64,000 nt of DNA from an uncultured bacterium (GCA_963713855.1 OY970209.1:768001-832000); one strand, 5' to 3'; numbered from the stretch's first letter, positions 9,559 to 20,358 are shown. Numbers and translations: made by a program. Notes: generated by a model from the sequence alone, not told the origin.

Positions 9559-10926
9559 TCACGCAATCAAACGATTTAGTTCACCAATAAGATAAAAAGG
9601 TATAGATCTGAGTTGGTAATGGACATTGTTGCCCTGAGTGTCTTTGATATTTATCTCCGATAATTCTGGCAGATTGGAATTAATACGGATGGCTTTAGAA
9701 AGACCCTTTAGGTACATAAATCGATGTAATGATTTCAGCGTTCCCGATTTTCCAGCTTTTACTTCGATGGGAATAACATGAGTGCCACTTTGAATAACAT
9801 AGTCAATTTCTGCGTCTCTGCCCCTTTCCGTGCTTAGCCAATAATAGAGAGCGGGCTCTTGATAAAAAGGATATATAGTCCTTAATAGTTGTCCCGCGAC
9901 TTGCTCGGCAATACCTCCTTTATTAATTAAATCTAACTCATTCACTGATTCGAGTTCATTGAGTGAAAGCCCTAAATCAGCTGAACAAAGTCCGACATCG
10001 ATAAGGATGGCTTTTGTATATTGTTTGAGGAGTTGAGATGCGAGGGGTACGCCGTTTGAAGCAGAAGCACGAACTAGATGACATAATTTTGCTTGAGATA
10101 AGAGGTCTAAGGCTTCTTTTATTTGTGTGCTTCGCACGTTTGCATTTACCTTGCTGAAAACAATTTTTTTTCCTAAGTGTTGCGGTATTGCAGTTAAAAC
10201 CTCGTTTAGAAGAGCTGAAGGAATTCGAGGACTATATTTACCAAAATCGTTGCGATACGTTTGTATGATGTCGTGATGTATTTGACTTACGTCTGAAGGT
10301 GAATGATTATTAATCCAACTTAGAACTGCAGCTGGCATTCCTCCAACGATGACATATTCCTTGAAAAGGTTAATGAGTTTTTCATGGCTCACTTCAGCTA
10401 TTGCGCTGTCCCACGTGAATTCTTTTAAATGAGTTGCGAGTACATCCTTCTTTTGAGCGAGCAGAAATTCTTCAAATGAAAATGGCTCTAGATATAGGAA
10501 GCTTACTCGGCCAACAGGCATGCTTAATTCCTGCTTGCCAAGAACGAATTCTAAGAGTGAGCCAGCAGCAATGACCGGAAGATGTGGCATGTCTTCCGAA
10601 AACCAGCGCAACTTGGCTAATAGTTCTGGAGCTTCCTGTATTTCATCTATAAATAGGAGAGTGTCTCTTGCGTCAATTGCTGTATCAAAGGCGCCTTCTA
10701 GCCGCTTTAGAATTACGGTAGGCTCATTTGAAGAGAAAGCAGTGGCTAACTTTGGATATTTTTCTAAATTAACCTCTATAAGCTTTTTTCTTGTAGACTG
10801 TGCAAAATGTCGAACAAGCCAAGTTTTTCCAACTTGGCGCGCACCTCGGATAATGAGAGGTTTTCGATTATCAGATGTAAGCCATTTATCTAAAAAGGCC
10901 ATGGCTGTTCTACGCATCGCAAGCAC
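9559..10926 (-). CDS. AAA ATPase with DUF4143-type C-terminal PD-(D/E)xK domain
   Basis: Walker A GARQVGKT, Walker B LLFIDEIQ, GGMP, EIDYVI...PIEVK. Confidence 0.9.
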   Translation of the reverse strand: MLAMRRTAMAFLDKWLTSDNRKPLIIRGARQVGKTWLVRHFAQSTRKKLIEVNLEKYPKLATAFSSNEPTVILKRLEGAFDTAIDARDTLLFIDEIQEAPELLAKLRWFSEDMPHLPVIAAGSLLEFVLGKQELSMPVGRVSFLYLEPFSFEEFLLAQKKDVLATHLKEFTWDSAIAEVSHEKLINLFKEYVIVGGMPAAVLSWINNHSPSDVSQIHHDIIQTYRNDFGKYSPRIPSALLNEVLTAIPQHLGKKIVFSKVNANVRSTQIKEALDLLSQAKLCHLVRASASNGVPLASQLLKQYTKAILIDVGLCSADLGLSLNELESVNELDLINKGGIAEQVAGQLLRTIYPFYQEPALYYWLSTERGRDAEIDYVIQSGTHVIPIEVKAGKSGTLKSLHRFMYLKGLSKAIRINSNLPELSEINIKDTQGNNVHYQLRSIPFYLIGELNRLIA

Positions 10927-11093
10927 CTTTTTTATTTCATCTTAACAGTCTGTCAGGTCAAAATCAACAAAAAGAATACCATGTTTTTACAAAAATCCGC
11001 AAAAAGAAGGCCTTCTTTTTGAGTTAACAGCTTAGGGTTCATCGTCATTCATTTGACCGACAAACCGATTGAGTCTAGTTATATTTTGTGTGC

Positions 11094-11771
11094 TTAAATG
11101 CTTTCGGCTAAGAAAGCTATTTTTCTTAACGTAGCTTTAAAAGCTCTCGTAGATGAAAACAGAATGCTTGAAATTCCGCACATGGCCGCGGCTTCCACGT
11201 TAACTCTTTTATCATCAACAAACAGAATGTGTTTTCGTTCATGACCTTGATTTTTTACGTGAGTAAGAAATTTTTCATAAAAGCAAAGACGAGGTTTTTG
11301 GCAATATTCCAGTGCTTTAGTGGGTATAAAAATGCCATCAAAAAGTGAAAACACATCTGGATATTTAGCGCTAAGAGCTGCATGCATTTTTTCCCCGATG
11401 TTTGATAGGACGTACAATTTTACGCCGTGTTGTTTTAAAGCCTGTATGACCTCTAGCATTGCAATGTCAGGTTTTTGCTCATTTTCTAATGCGAGCAAAT
11501 GTTTGCCAAAAAGAGCTAATTTGGGGTGCTTTTCAACAAGACGCTCATAGACGTCATCCCCAACATTTGTCGTTTTTCGAATGTTAGATAGGTTTTTCCA
11601 TAAAATTGGATTACAAAGAAGTTTTAATGCTTGCACTTTGTGTGGAAAACGTGTCAGAGACAGCGTTATATCGATAAATGAGCGGTGAAAGATAACTTTG
11701 TGGAGGTCAAATGCGCAAAGGAGCTCGTGGGGGTAAATAGAAGAAAGGTGTGGCCCGAATATATTATGCAC
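11094..11771 (-). CDS. HAD-superfamily hydrolase
   Basis: FDLHKV motif I, LSN motif II, KP, FVDD...NV motif IV. Confidence 0.8.
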   Translation of the reverse strand: MHNIFGPHLSSIYPHELLCAFDLHKVIFHRSFIDITLSLTRFPHKVQALKLLCNPILWKNLSNIRKTTNVGDDVYERLVEKHPKLALFGKHLLALENEQKPDIAMLEVIQALKQHGVKLYVLSNIGEKMHAALSAKYPDVFSLFDGIFIPTKALEYCQKPRLCFYEKFLTHVKNQGHERKHILFVDDKRVNVEAAAMCGISSILFSSTRAFKATLRKIAFLAESI

Positions 11772-11772
11772 G

Positions 11773-12441
11773 TCAAACCTGGCTAAGGATCTTTTTGATG
11801 TTTATTTCAGTGTAACAGTTGATGATGGCATCGGCTTTTTTTAATGCGAGTGGATTACCGCCGGTATTAATACCGATACAGTACATACCAGCTCCTTTAG
11901 CAGCTTGTACACCAAAGGCTGAATCCTCAATCGCTATGCAAAGCTCAGGTTTATAACCTAATTCTTTTGCAGCATGCATGTAGAGGGCAGGGTCAGGCTT
12001 TGGGGTATAATTTACAGCCGATACGCCATAGATATGCTTGCCAAAAAACTGGCGTAAGTTAAGTATCTCATCAGTGAGCCTGATGGTATGATCATCAGCA
12101 TTGGTTGCTATTGCTTTATCAAGATTAAACGTGCAAATGGCCTTATGAAATTCTTTAAACCCTTTGATATAGACGATGCCTTGTTTGTAGAGAGAAATAG
12201 CTATTAAACGCCCTTCTCGAGCGAGATCTTCAGGAGACTCCTTGAGGTTTGCAAGCTCTTTGATTGCAATGCAACTTTTTTGAAAGGTCAGACCATGGGT
12301 TCTGCTGTCAAGCTCGGTTCGTAATTCGGGGGTATAGCATATACCCCGGCTTTCAATAAGGATCTGGTTGGTCTGTTTCCAGATACGATCAGTATCAACA
12401 ATTGTACCATCCAAATCAAAAATAATTGCTTTATATTTCAT
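11773..12441 (-). CDS. HAD phosphatase (beta-PGM/CbbY-like)
   Basis: IFDLDGTIVD, ATN, KPDP, IEDS..GVQAAKGAGM. Confidence 0.9.
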   Translation of the reverse strand: MKYKAIIFDLDGTIVDTDRIWKQTNQILIESRGICYTPELRTELDSRTHGLTFQKSCIAIKELANLKESPEDLAREGRLIAISLYKQGIVYIKGFKEFHKAICTFNLDKAIATNADDHTIRLTDEILNLRQFFGKHIYGVSAVNYTPKPDPALYMHAAKELGYKPELCIAIEDSAFGVQAAKGAGMYCIGINTGGNPLALKKADAIINCYTEINIKKILSQV

Positions 12442-12535
12442 ACTTTATTCCTTACTTTGATTGGATTAAACTATACGATAGTATGCAATTGGTCTCAAGC
12501 TTTTTTTATGAGAGCGCTTATTACACTCCTAAGGT

Positions 12536-13255
12536 ATGTCTATGCTTAAGTACTTTAACCGCGCATTACCCTTTACTCTCTGCTGGCTTACAGGAGAGCT
12601 TTTAACGTTTTTTAAGATGCACTTTATTATTGGTTCTTGGACAGCGTTCTTTTCCGCCTCGCATTCTTTTACCCCATTGGTTGGCTACCACGGTGGTACA
12701 AAGGCCTCCTTAATCTATTTCAGTTTAAGAACCCTTTCTAAGGTGGGTGTATCGGGAAAAGTCTCAAGCCTTTTAGTAGTATATCATCTGCCAACTCTGT
12801 TGGGAAGCCTTTATAGCTCGTGGACAAGGCCGTCCCAAACTAACCTATTATTAAGAGTCCTTTCAAGCCTAATATCTGGAGTATGCATTGTTCTTTTTGG
12901 GCTACATCCTGTCGGCTATCAGGCTTTATTCTATACTTCATTATGGATTTTTCCTCTCGTGATGGCTTTTGTCAAAACCGAGCACTTCTTTTTGCACGCC
13001 CTTGCAAGCACGTTGACGGTACATGCGGTAGGCTCAGTGCTCTGGCTCTATACCCATACGCTTACACCAGAAATCTGGCTTGCCCTTATTCCTATTGCAG
13101 CTATCGAGCGAGTTCTTTTCGCGCTTGGCGCTGTTGGTCTTAATATGCTGTATGGGGAGCTTCCTTACGTGTTGGCTATGCTCGAATCAGCTTTACCATC
13201 AACTAAGCGACCTATTGCCCTTTTGACGCGCTTCAAAGAGAGTATTTATGAATAA
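12536..13255 (+). CDS. Multi-pass membrane protein, possibly ECF S-component-like
   Basis: About 6-7 hydrophobic helices; overlaps uppS start; family assignment is tentative. Confidence 0.55.
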   Translation: MSMLKYFNRALPFTLCWLTGELLTFFKMHFIIGSWTAFFSASHSFTPLVGYHGGTKASLIYFSLRTLSKVGVSGKVSSLLVVYHLPTLLGSLYSSWTRPSQTNLLLRVLSSLISGVCIVLFGLHPVGYQALFYTSLWIFPLVMAFVKTEHFFLHALASTLTVHAVGSVLWLYTHTLTPEIWLALIPIAAIERVLFALGAVGLNMLYGELPYVLAMLESALPSTKRPIALLTRFKESIYE

Positions 13256-14045
13256 GGGCCTACTTTTTGCGTGCTTTATAGTTGTTGTGAGCATCTACAT
13301 TTTGTCTCAGGGATGGCATGCATTCTCTAAGAGAGATGATGCGATGTTGCCATCTATTAAGCACTTGGGTGTTATAATGGATGGCAATCGACGATGGGCC
13401 AAAAAATCGGGGCTTTCTCCCTGGATTGGCCACCGTAAAGGGGTCGAACCGGTAAAGGCCACAATTAGTTTTTGCTTAAAGCACAATATCCCCTATTTGA
13501 CGCTTTACGCATTTTCGCTTGAAAATTTTAAGCGGTCTCAGCAAGAGCTTGATTTCTTATTCAATACGCTTGCCCAAGAAATTGCAAGCAAGGAGCTTGG
13601 CGAGCTTTTTGAGCAAGGTATTAAAGTGCGGTTTATTGGAGATAGAAGCCTTTTTCCTAGTCAGCTTGTTCCAATCATCAACGATATTGAGGAAAAAACT
13701 GCGGGTGGTACGCGCATGGAACTTACCATTTTGTTTTGTTATGGTGGTCGGCAAGAACTTTTTGAAGCTGCAAAAAAGCTTGCCCATGAGGTTAAAGAGG
13801 GAAGAGTAGATAGTTCGATGATAACTCAAAAAGACTTTGAAGCTTGCTTATGGACGGGCAATTTGCCAACACCGGAACTTATCATAAGAACCGGTGGAAT
13901 GTGTCGACTGAGCAATTTTTTGCCGTATCAAGCCGCTTATAGCGAACTCTACTTTCTTAAATGCTTCTGGCCCGATATTACGGAAGATCATCTTATAGAT
14001 GCATTACTTTGGCTTAAAGATAGACCGAGAAACTTTGGTGCCTGA
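13248..14045 (+). CDS. uppS: Undecaprenyl diphosphate synthase with N-terminal hydrophobic extension
   Basis: HLGVIMDGNRRWAK, YAFSLENFKR, YGGR, IRTGG..RLSNFL. Confidence 0.95.
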   Translation: MNKGLLFACFIVVVSIYILSQGWHAFSKRDDAMLPSIKHLGVIMDGNRRWAKKSGLSPWIGHRKGVEPVKATISFCLKHNIPYLTLYAFSLENFKRSQQELDFLFNTLAQEIASKELGELFEQGIKVRFIGDRSLFPSQLVPIINDIEEKTAGGTRMELTILFCYGGRQELFEAAKKLAHEVKEGRVDSSMITQKDFEACLWTGNLPTPELIIRTGGMCRLSNFLPYQAAYSELYFLKCFWPDITEDHLIDALLWLKDRPRNFGA

Positions 14046-14202
14046 AATCCAGCAAACATGTTTTTGCAGATGGCTGCGGGACTTGGTTCCAGATTTCGTT
14101 GTGCTATACAGAAATAAGGGCATTTATAGGAATGAACTCCATTAGATGCCCCTGAATAAATTAAGATTCGTATCTTGAGTCAGATATAACTTATATTAGT
14201 AA

Positions 14203-14610
14203 CTAACTGCGTAATTTAATTTCTCTTTCTAAACGTGCTTTGTATGATTGTCCTCGTTGCCATAAATAACAGGACAAAGTGCCTAATACCAAAATACTCA
14301 GAGTAGTCGGTGCCGCCATAAGTATATGTAGCACTCTTTGAAACTCCGCATCACCTAACACACGTACGAGTTGGCCTTCTTGTGTCTGAGCATTAATTAT
14401 TTCCCCAGCAGCAATAGCTTCGAGTTGCTCTTTTGTTAAAGTCACAGTTCCACCCTCTCTTACATGTGGGATTTGGAGGAAGGAGGTTGCACTTTCTATC
14501 AGGGCTTGCCAATCATAAGACTTTTCCTGGGAAAGCGGCTCAGCAGAAAAAGTTGCTTGCTGTATTGCAAATAAAACAAACAAAGAACAAGCTAGTAAAA
14601 TTTTATTCAT
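14203..14610 (-). CDS. Exported protein with C-terminal TM anchor
   Basis: Signal peptide MNKILLACSLFVLFA; C-terminal hydrophobic helix then basic tail. Confidence 0.65.
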   Translation of the reverse strand: MNKILLACSLFVLFAIQQATFSAEPLSQEKSYDWQALIESATSFLQIPHVREGGTVTLTKEQLEAIAAGEIINAQTQEGQLVRVLGDAEFQRVLHILMAAPTTLSILVLGTLSCYLWQRGQSYKARLEREIKLRS

Positions 14611-14722
14611 GTATTTTCCCTCGTCTATCTTCATTTAATGTACATTTTAACATTCTCAAATAATGCCGTTTAAAACAAAAAAAGTCAATTAGAAGCTTTC
14701 TTTGAGTGTAGTTCGTATAAAC

Positions 14723-15502
14723 TTAGAGCTTTTTATATGCCCAGGAAGAGTTGTCGGGTTTTGTGGCTTTTTCAGTCAACTGAAGTTGAATGATGGGCGG
14801 TTTTTCAAAATCTATAAAAGAGCCTGCAAGAGGTTGCTGAGCAGTGACCATGTGTTCTTGGTTTTGAGTATCCACGTGGGGTAGGCTGCGACCATCTTTA
14901 TCTTTGCAATACGCTTCAAAGCGAAGGCCTTCGTCCTTTAAAAAACTGCTGACCAATCCGTATGGCTTATTGCATAGGGATGGCATAAGTCGTATAGGTG
15001 ATCTGCCTGATGAAATATAGAGAATGAGTGTTTTATGTTCCATAGGCGCATGTGCTATCGGGTATTGCGCAATGCAGCGGCCTACAGGATAAGTATTGCT
15101 CTGGCAGTTGTACATTTTTAGACGAATCCCAAGGTCACGTGCTTGTTTTGCAATAGCTTGGGCATCAAGATTTTGAAAGTTTGGTGCGCTTCTAAGTGGT
15201 GGCTTTTTAGAAATAATTATACCGACTGGCTGGTAGAGCTTAAGCTTTTGGCCAGGCTGTGGATGTTGGCTTATAATGGTGCCATCGGGAAGTGCTGGCT
15301 CTTCAACACAATCTATAATTCGCAACTTTATTGGATACTTAAGAAGGGTAGATAAAGCATCTTTAAGAGATTGACCCTGGAGTGCTGGAGCTTGAAAGGT
15401 TTCTGGGCCCATAAGGCCTAAGATACTATAATAGCCAGCTATAAAAAAGAAAAATGGTAAAGTCCAGAGGCAACTTTGTGAAAAGGATTTTAGGGTTGTC
15501 AA
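14723..15502 (-). CDS. PASTA-domain membrane protein
   Basis: TM helix then three PASTA-like repeats (APALQGQSL...GTIISQHPQPG, APNFQNL...AQYP, MPSL...VTAQQPLAG). Start moved to TTG at 15502 because the longer ORF overlaps rnpB. Confidence 0.8.
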   Translation of the reverse strand: MTTLKSFSQSCLWTLPFFFFIAGYYSILGLMGPETFQAPALQGQSLKDALSTLLKYPIKLRIIDCVEEPALPDGTIISQHPQPGQKLKLYQPVGIIISKKPPLRSAPNFQNLDAQAIAKQARDLGIRLKMYNCQSNTYPVGRCIAQYPIAHAPMEHKTLILYISSGRSPIRLMPSLCNKPYGLVSSFLKDEGLRFEAYCKDKDGRSLPHVDTQNQEHMVTAQQPLAGSFIDFEKPPIIQLQLTEKATKPDNSSWAYKKL

Positions 15503-15846
15503 GACGCACCGTAGACTGTAAGCCGGATTCTGTGCTGCTTTCAGGGCAGCGGCAACCATTAATCTAGGCGATATACCCGTGTGTTAGCAGAACGAGCAAC
15601 TTCCACACTGCTTTATCTTGCTCCCGATGGGGTTTTTCCTCTGCTTCAATTACTTGAAGCAGCCGTGTGCTCTTACCACACGTTTTCACCCTTACTAGCG
15701 GTAAAGCTAGCGGTTATTTTCTGTGACACTATCCGTAGCTCTAGGCCCCCTGGGTTTACCCCAGGCATCGTGCTCGTTAGGAGTCCGGACTTTCCTCAAA
15801 ATGCCCTCGAAAAGTGCATTCCGCGATTGCCCGTCTACTGTACGCC
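15503..15846 (-). ncRNA. rnpB: RNase P RNA
   Basis: Minus strand contains GAGGAAAGTCCGGACTCC, AGTGTCACAGAAAA, AAGGGTGAAA..GGTAAGAGC and ACAGAATCCGGCTTA; ends pair as P1 (GTAGAC/GTCTAC). Confidence 0.96.
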
Positions 15847-15921
15847 CTGATGTCTACTAGAATATCAAATGCGGAAAATTCTGTCTAGAAAGGACGTCAC
15901 AAAGCCCGGAAAATGAATCTA

Positions 15922-16274
15922 TCTAGCTTCTAACGCCTTGATAGTATACTATGCTGATAATAGTTGTAAAAAGTTTGCAATAAAGAATGTGCCTGACCAG
16001 CTATCATAGCTGAAAATGCAACGATATGCAGCAGTAAAAAAAGCTTATAAACGCAAATACGAGCGCTAGACTCCTGAAGAACTTGTCTTAAAAAAAGAGC
16101 GCTCATACCACTTTCGCGACAAAAAGAGTATCTCTGAAATTTGCTGGAAAACCGGTCATGTAGGCTAGAGCTAAAGGGCAAAAGCCAGTTAGAGCATAGA
16201 GCATACGCGAATCTGAAAACCAAAGTACTACGTGATACTTAATGAGAATATGAAGTCTAGAGGAATTTGCCTAG
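15922..16274 (-). repeat. Copy A: decayed 3' part of membrane gene 20409..20834
   Basis: Collinear with 17184..17536 and 20408..20733; still encodes SGMSALFLRQVLQES; contains indels. Confidence 0.9.
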
Positions 16275-16353
16275 ATTTCGTAGACACAATCTGCTAAATG
16301 AGGTGTTAAACCGGTAATGCACAAAGCTTTATTTGAAAAAGCACGGTTTAAAA

Positions 16354-16707
16354 TCACCGTCGCTTTCCAGCGAATTCTCCGTCTTTTACGTTGTTAACAT
16401 GAAGAGTGCGTTTTTTGCTGATTGGCTTTGGAGTAATAGCAATAGTTACTTGGTGATCAAGTCGACTTAAGAACTTCAGTAGTCTTTCTATCGAAAAACC
16501 AGAAAATTTACCTTTCAATAGAGCAGAAACTTTTGGCTGGTCAATTTTAAGGATTTCACCTACAGCCTTTTGAGTAATGCATTTTTCGCGAATTATGCTA
16601 TTGATTTTACTTACTAATTTTGCTTTTAGTAGAAGCTGGTCTGCATTAGCCAAGCCTAAATCAGCAAAAACATTACCAGAACTTTCTTCAAATTCAATCT
16701 TTTTCAT
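16354..16707 (-). CDS. XRE-family HTH antitoxin (HigA-like)
   Basis: SSGNVFADLG, TQKAVGEILKIDQPKVSALLKG.FSGFSIERL; overlaps toxin stop. Confidence 0.9.
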   Translation of the reverse strand: MKKIEFEESSGNVFADLGLANADQLLLKAKLVSKINSIIREKCITQKAVGEILKIDQPKVSALLKGKFSGFSIERLLKFLSRLDHQVTIAITPKPISKKRTLHVNNVKDGEFAGKRR

Positions 16708-17069
16708 CGCGGTTCCTTTTTATGTTGTTTATGAAGTCCCTCTGCATCTCTGAGTCTTTTCTTTATAAGCTCGATCTCGGATAAGGGTGTCTCAATGTTA
16801 TGTTTTGACTTCTTTTGAAAAGCGTGAAGAACATACACTATACCGTGAAGTTTTAAGGTGTATATGGTTCGATATGTGCCGGCTTCATCATATTCGATAA
16901 TTTCTAAAATACCTGCTGATGCAAAGCCTTTTAAAACTTTTGCATGTTCGTGTTTGTTTCCCTCTTGTGCCAAGAAAAGCGCATAACCCACGTCTTTTTG
17001 GACTTTCCTGGGAAATTTCTTAAGGTCTTTCTTGCTCGAACCTATCCATCTTAGAGATTTTGGAGTCAT
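16704..17069 (-). CDS. RelE/ParE-family toxin (HigB/Gp49-like)
   Basis: WIGSSKKDLKKFP, GTYRTIY, VYVLHAFQKKS; toxin-first gene order. Confidence 0.9.
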   Translation of the reverse strand: MTPKSLRWIGSSKKDLKKFPRKVQKDVGYALFLAQEGNKHEHAKVLKGFASAGILEIIEYDEAGTYRTIYTLKLHGIVYVLHAFQKKSKHNIETPLSEIELIKKRLRDAEGLHKQHKKEPR

Positions 17070-17121
17070 ATTAATTCCTTTTTATTAATATGCCAAATTT
17101 GGCCTGATTTTTCAAGCTACT

Positions 17122-17536
17122 AAAGCGTGAAGAAGGTAAAATACGTAAAACGAAGATTACGATTCTAGAATAAACTCAGCCATTCTAGTCTTTGACGCCT
17201 TATAGTACACTATGCTGATAATAGTTGTAAAAAGTTTGCAATAAAGAATGTGCTTGACCAGCTATCATAGCTGAAAATGCAACGGTATGCAGCAGTAAAA
17301 AAAGCTTATAAACACAAATACGAGAGCTTTAGACTCCTGAAGAACTTGTCTTAAAAAAAGAGCGCTCATACCACTTTCGCGACAAAAAGAGTATCTCTGA
17401 AATTGCTGCAGATCCGGTCATATAGGCTGAAGCTAAAGGATAAAAGCCACTTAGCGCATAGAGCATGCGTTAATCTGAAAACCAAAGTACTGCGTGATAG
17501 TTAATAAGGATATGAAGTCTAGAGGAATTTGCCTAG
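17122..17536 (-). repeat. Copy B: decayed 3' part and downstream flank of gene 20409..20834
   Basis: Matches 20346..20733; shares terminal ATATGAAGTCTAGAGGAATTTGCCTAG with copy A. Confidence 0.9.
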
Positions 17537-17649
17537 TTTTCTGCGGGAGATTTTTGGGCATGCTCTGTTTATCGTTTCATTGACCAAAAAATTAGGTGTG
17601 TTAGAGTCTTTAGATCTTAATACAATAAAAATTCGGTTGAGGATTTTTC

Positions 17650-19965
17650 ATGATTTCTAAACGCGGCATTTCCATTTACATTCATCTAACATTAACCTTG
17701 TTTTTCGTGCCAGGCTCAGTAGCTCATGCCGTTTGTCCACTACTATCAGGTATCAGTTACACATTGCCTTCTGGTTCTACAACTCCTGCATCAGTGTCAT
17801 TTTTACCAAATGGCTTATATCTGGCTACCGCTAATTATAATACAAATAATGTGACAGTATTTAGCGTAGGAACGGGAGGAGTACTGAGTGCAGGTACATC
17901 GTATCCTTTGCCTGGCGGTTCTGCAAATCCCTTTTCAGTGGAATTTTCACCAAATGGCGCATACCTTGCTACAGCTAATACCAATTCAAATAATGTGACG
18001 GTATTTAATGTAGGAACGGGAGGAGTACTGAGTGCAAGCACATCATATCCTTTGCCTGCTGGTTCTACCAATCCCTATACCGTGGAATTTTCACCAAATG
18101 GCGCATACCTTGCTACAGCTAATTCTACTTCAAATAATGTAACAGTATTTAGCGTAGGGGCAGGAGGTGTATTGAGTGCAGGTATATCATATTCTTTGCC
18201 CGCTGGCGCTACCGGTCCCTTCGCAGCAGTATTTTCGCCAAATGGCGCATACCTTGCTTCAGTCAATGCAAGTTCAAATAATGTAACAGTATTTAGCGTA
18301 GGGGCAGGAGGTGTACTCAGTGCAGGTATATCGTATCCTTTGCCTTCTGGTTCTGGAACTCCCGAATCAATATCATTTTCGCCAAATAGCTTGTATTTGG
18401 TTACTGGTAATCGCAGCTCAAATGATGTGACAATATTCAGCGTGGGAACGGGAGGAGTACTGAACGCCGGTACCTCATACCCCCTACCCTCGGGTTCTAC
18501 AGCGCCCCAGTCAGTAGCATTTTCTCCAAGTGGTTCATATGTTGCTATTGGTAATTATACTTCAAGTAATGTATCGATATTTAGTGTAGGAACGGGAGGA
18601 GCGCTGACTGGAGGCACTTCGTATCTTGTACCTTCTGGTGCTACACCTCGAAGAGTGTTATTTTCACCAAATAACTCATACCTTGCTATTGCCAATGATA
18701 GTTCAAATTTTGTAACACTTTTTACGATTGTTTGTCCTAGCCTATCTTCTAGTTCAGGAACTTCATATCCCTTATCGTCCGGCTCTTTTGAGCCCGATTC
18801 GGTAGCATTTTCACCAAATGGATTATTTCTTGCTACAGCAAATTATAAATCGAGCGACGTAACCATTTTTGGGGTCAATTCTACTAATATACAAGATCCG
18901 CTTACTCTAGGAACTTCTTATCCGCTACCAGGAAATTCAACAAACCCTTCTTCTCTTGCCTTTTCTTTCGATAATTCATATGTAGCAACAGCCAATAGCG
19001 ACTCAAATGATGTTACCCTGTTTAAAGTAGCATCTGGACAATTAACAGGGGCTAAGTCATACGCATTACCAACAGGATCTACTAATCCAGCTTCAGTAGA
19101 ATTTTCGCCTGACGGTTCTTATCTAGCTGTGGCTACAACTAACTCAAATAACGTAATCATATTTAACATTGCTGGAGGTTCTTTGACGGGAGCAACTTCG
19201 TATGCATTGCCGGTTGAGTCTTCAAATCCAACTGCAGTAACATTTACATCAGATGGTACATATCTCGCAACAGCTAATGCTGGCTCTAATGACATAACCC
19301 TCTTTCAAGTAGTTGGTGGGGTATTAAATAATGGCATATCTGAACCATTGCCAGCAGGATCAAAACAGCCCCGATCGTTAGTCTTTTTACCCAATCTAAA
19401 TGGCGAGCTATTTCTTGCCACGAGTAATAGCGGTTCAAACGATATTACGATCTTTACTATAAACGCAGGCACATTCAGTGGGTCAATATCGCATCCATTA
19501 CCGCAGGGAGATCTCTATCCTCAAGAATTGGCAATCTCATCGAATGGTGTCTATCTTGCAACTGCAAATAGCGGATCAAATAGTATTACGGTATTTACTC
19601 TTGCTCAAGATATCTTAGGTAACGGTAATACTTCTTATTCCTTGCCTGGCAATTCTACGGATTGCATGGCCATAGCGTTTTCACAGGACTCTGGAGGAAC
19701 TACATTCATTGCCACAGCCAACCTTGCCACAAGTGACGTCTCACTATTCCCAATACTGGGCAGCCAGGGTGCTGGTACAGGAGATGGTGGCAGTAGTCTT
19801 CCGATTGGTGTTATTGTAGGAACAACCGTGGGGATTCCCGTAGGTCTTGGAGTTTTAGCTGTGGGAGCAAGCATTGCTGGTTTTTTGTTTTATAAATACT
19901 TGCACAGACATCATGCTGGCAGCGTTAATTTTGGAGGCGAAACTGACGTTTCGTCGACCCTTTAA
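17650..19965 (+). CDS. Membrane-anchored double 7-bladed beta-propeller protein
   Basis: Signal peptide; 14 repeats of about 48 aa (SYxLPxGSxxPxSVxFSPxGxYLATANxxSNxVTVF); C-terminal TM helix and short tail. Confidence 0.9.
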   Translation: MISKRGISIYIHLTLTLFFVPGSVAHAVCPLLSGISYTLPSGSTTPASVSFLPNGLYLATANYNTNNVTVFSVGTGGVLSAGTSYPLPGGSANPFSVEFSPNGAYLATANTNSNNVTVFNVGTGGVLSASTSYPLPAGSTNPYTVEFSPNGAYLATANSTSNNVTVFSVGAGGVLSAGISYSLPAGATGPFAAVFSPNGAYLASVNASSNNVTVFSVGAGGVLSAGISYPLPSGSGTPESISFSPNSLYLVTGNRSSNDVTIFSVGTGGVLNAGTSYPLPSGSTAPQSVAFSPSGSYVAIGNYTSSNVSIFSVGTGGALTGGTSYLVPSGATPRRVLFSPNNSYLAIANDSSNFVTLFTIVCPSLSSSSGTSYPLSSGSFEPDSVAFSPNGLFLATANYKSSDVTIFGVNSTNIQDPLTLGTSYPLPGNSTNPSSLAFSFDNSYVATANSDSNDVTLFKVASGQLTGAKSYALPTGSTNPASVEFSPDGSYLAVATTNSNNVIIFNIAGGSLTGATSYALPVESSNPTAVTFTSDGTYLATANAGSNDITLFQVVGGVLNNGISEPLPAGSKQPRSLVFLPNLNGELFLATSNSGSNDITIFTINAGTFSGSISHPLPQGDLYPQELAISSNGVYLATANSGSNSITVFTLAQDILGNGNTSYSLPGNSTDCMAIAFSQDSGGTTFIATANLATSDVSLFPILGSQGAGTGDGGSSLPIGVIVGTTVGIPVGLGVLAVGASIAGFLFYKYLHRHHAGSVNFGGETDVSSTL

Positions 19966-20272
19966 AATCGATGAAGACGCACTATTCGCACTCTCCCACA
20001 TATTACGTTGAAATACATTAAACTTCCATTATTAATTGGCATTTGTCAACCATCCTTTTAAACTTCACCTTTTACAAAAGCGCGGAGCTTATAAGGGTAG
20101 AAAAAATTGCTTAACTCCTGAAAAAGTTAAGGTACTATAAAGAGTGGGCTCGAGCACGAGGCTGGGCTTTATGGAAGGCTTTGATTACACTTGTTCCGTT
20201 AAAACTCATGACAAGCAAAGCAGCACTAAAACAGTTTCACGTTATACATGAAATTGTTAATGAACATACATT

Positions 20273-20358
20273 ATCTCTGAGTCTTTTCTTTATAAGCTCG
20301 ATCTCGGATAACGGTGTCTCAATGTTGTTTTTTGACTTCTTTTGAAAAGCGTGAAGAA
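20273..20358 (-). pseudogene. 86-bp fragment of the RelE/HigB toxin gene
   Basis: Near-identical to 16746..16831. Confidence 0.9.

Noticed and set aside
15581..15850. 89-aa plus-strand ORF
   Set aside because: Antisense to RNase P RNA
15930..16223. 97-aa ORF as an independent gene
   Set aside because: Frameshifted piece of repeat copy A
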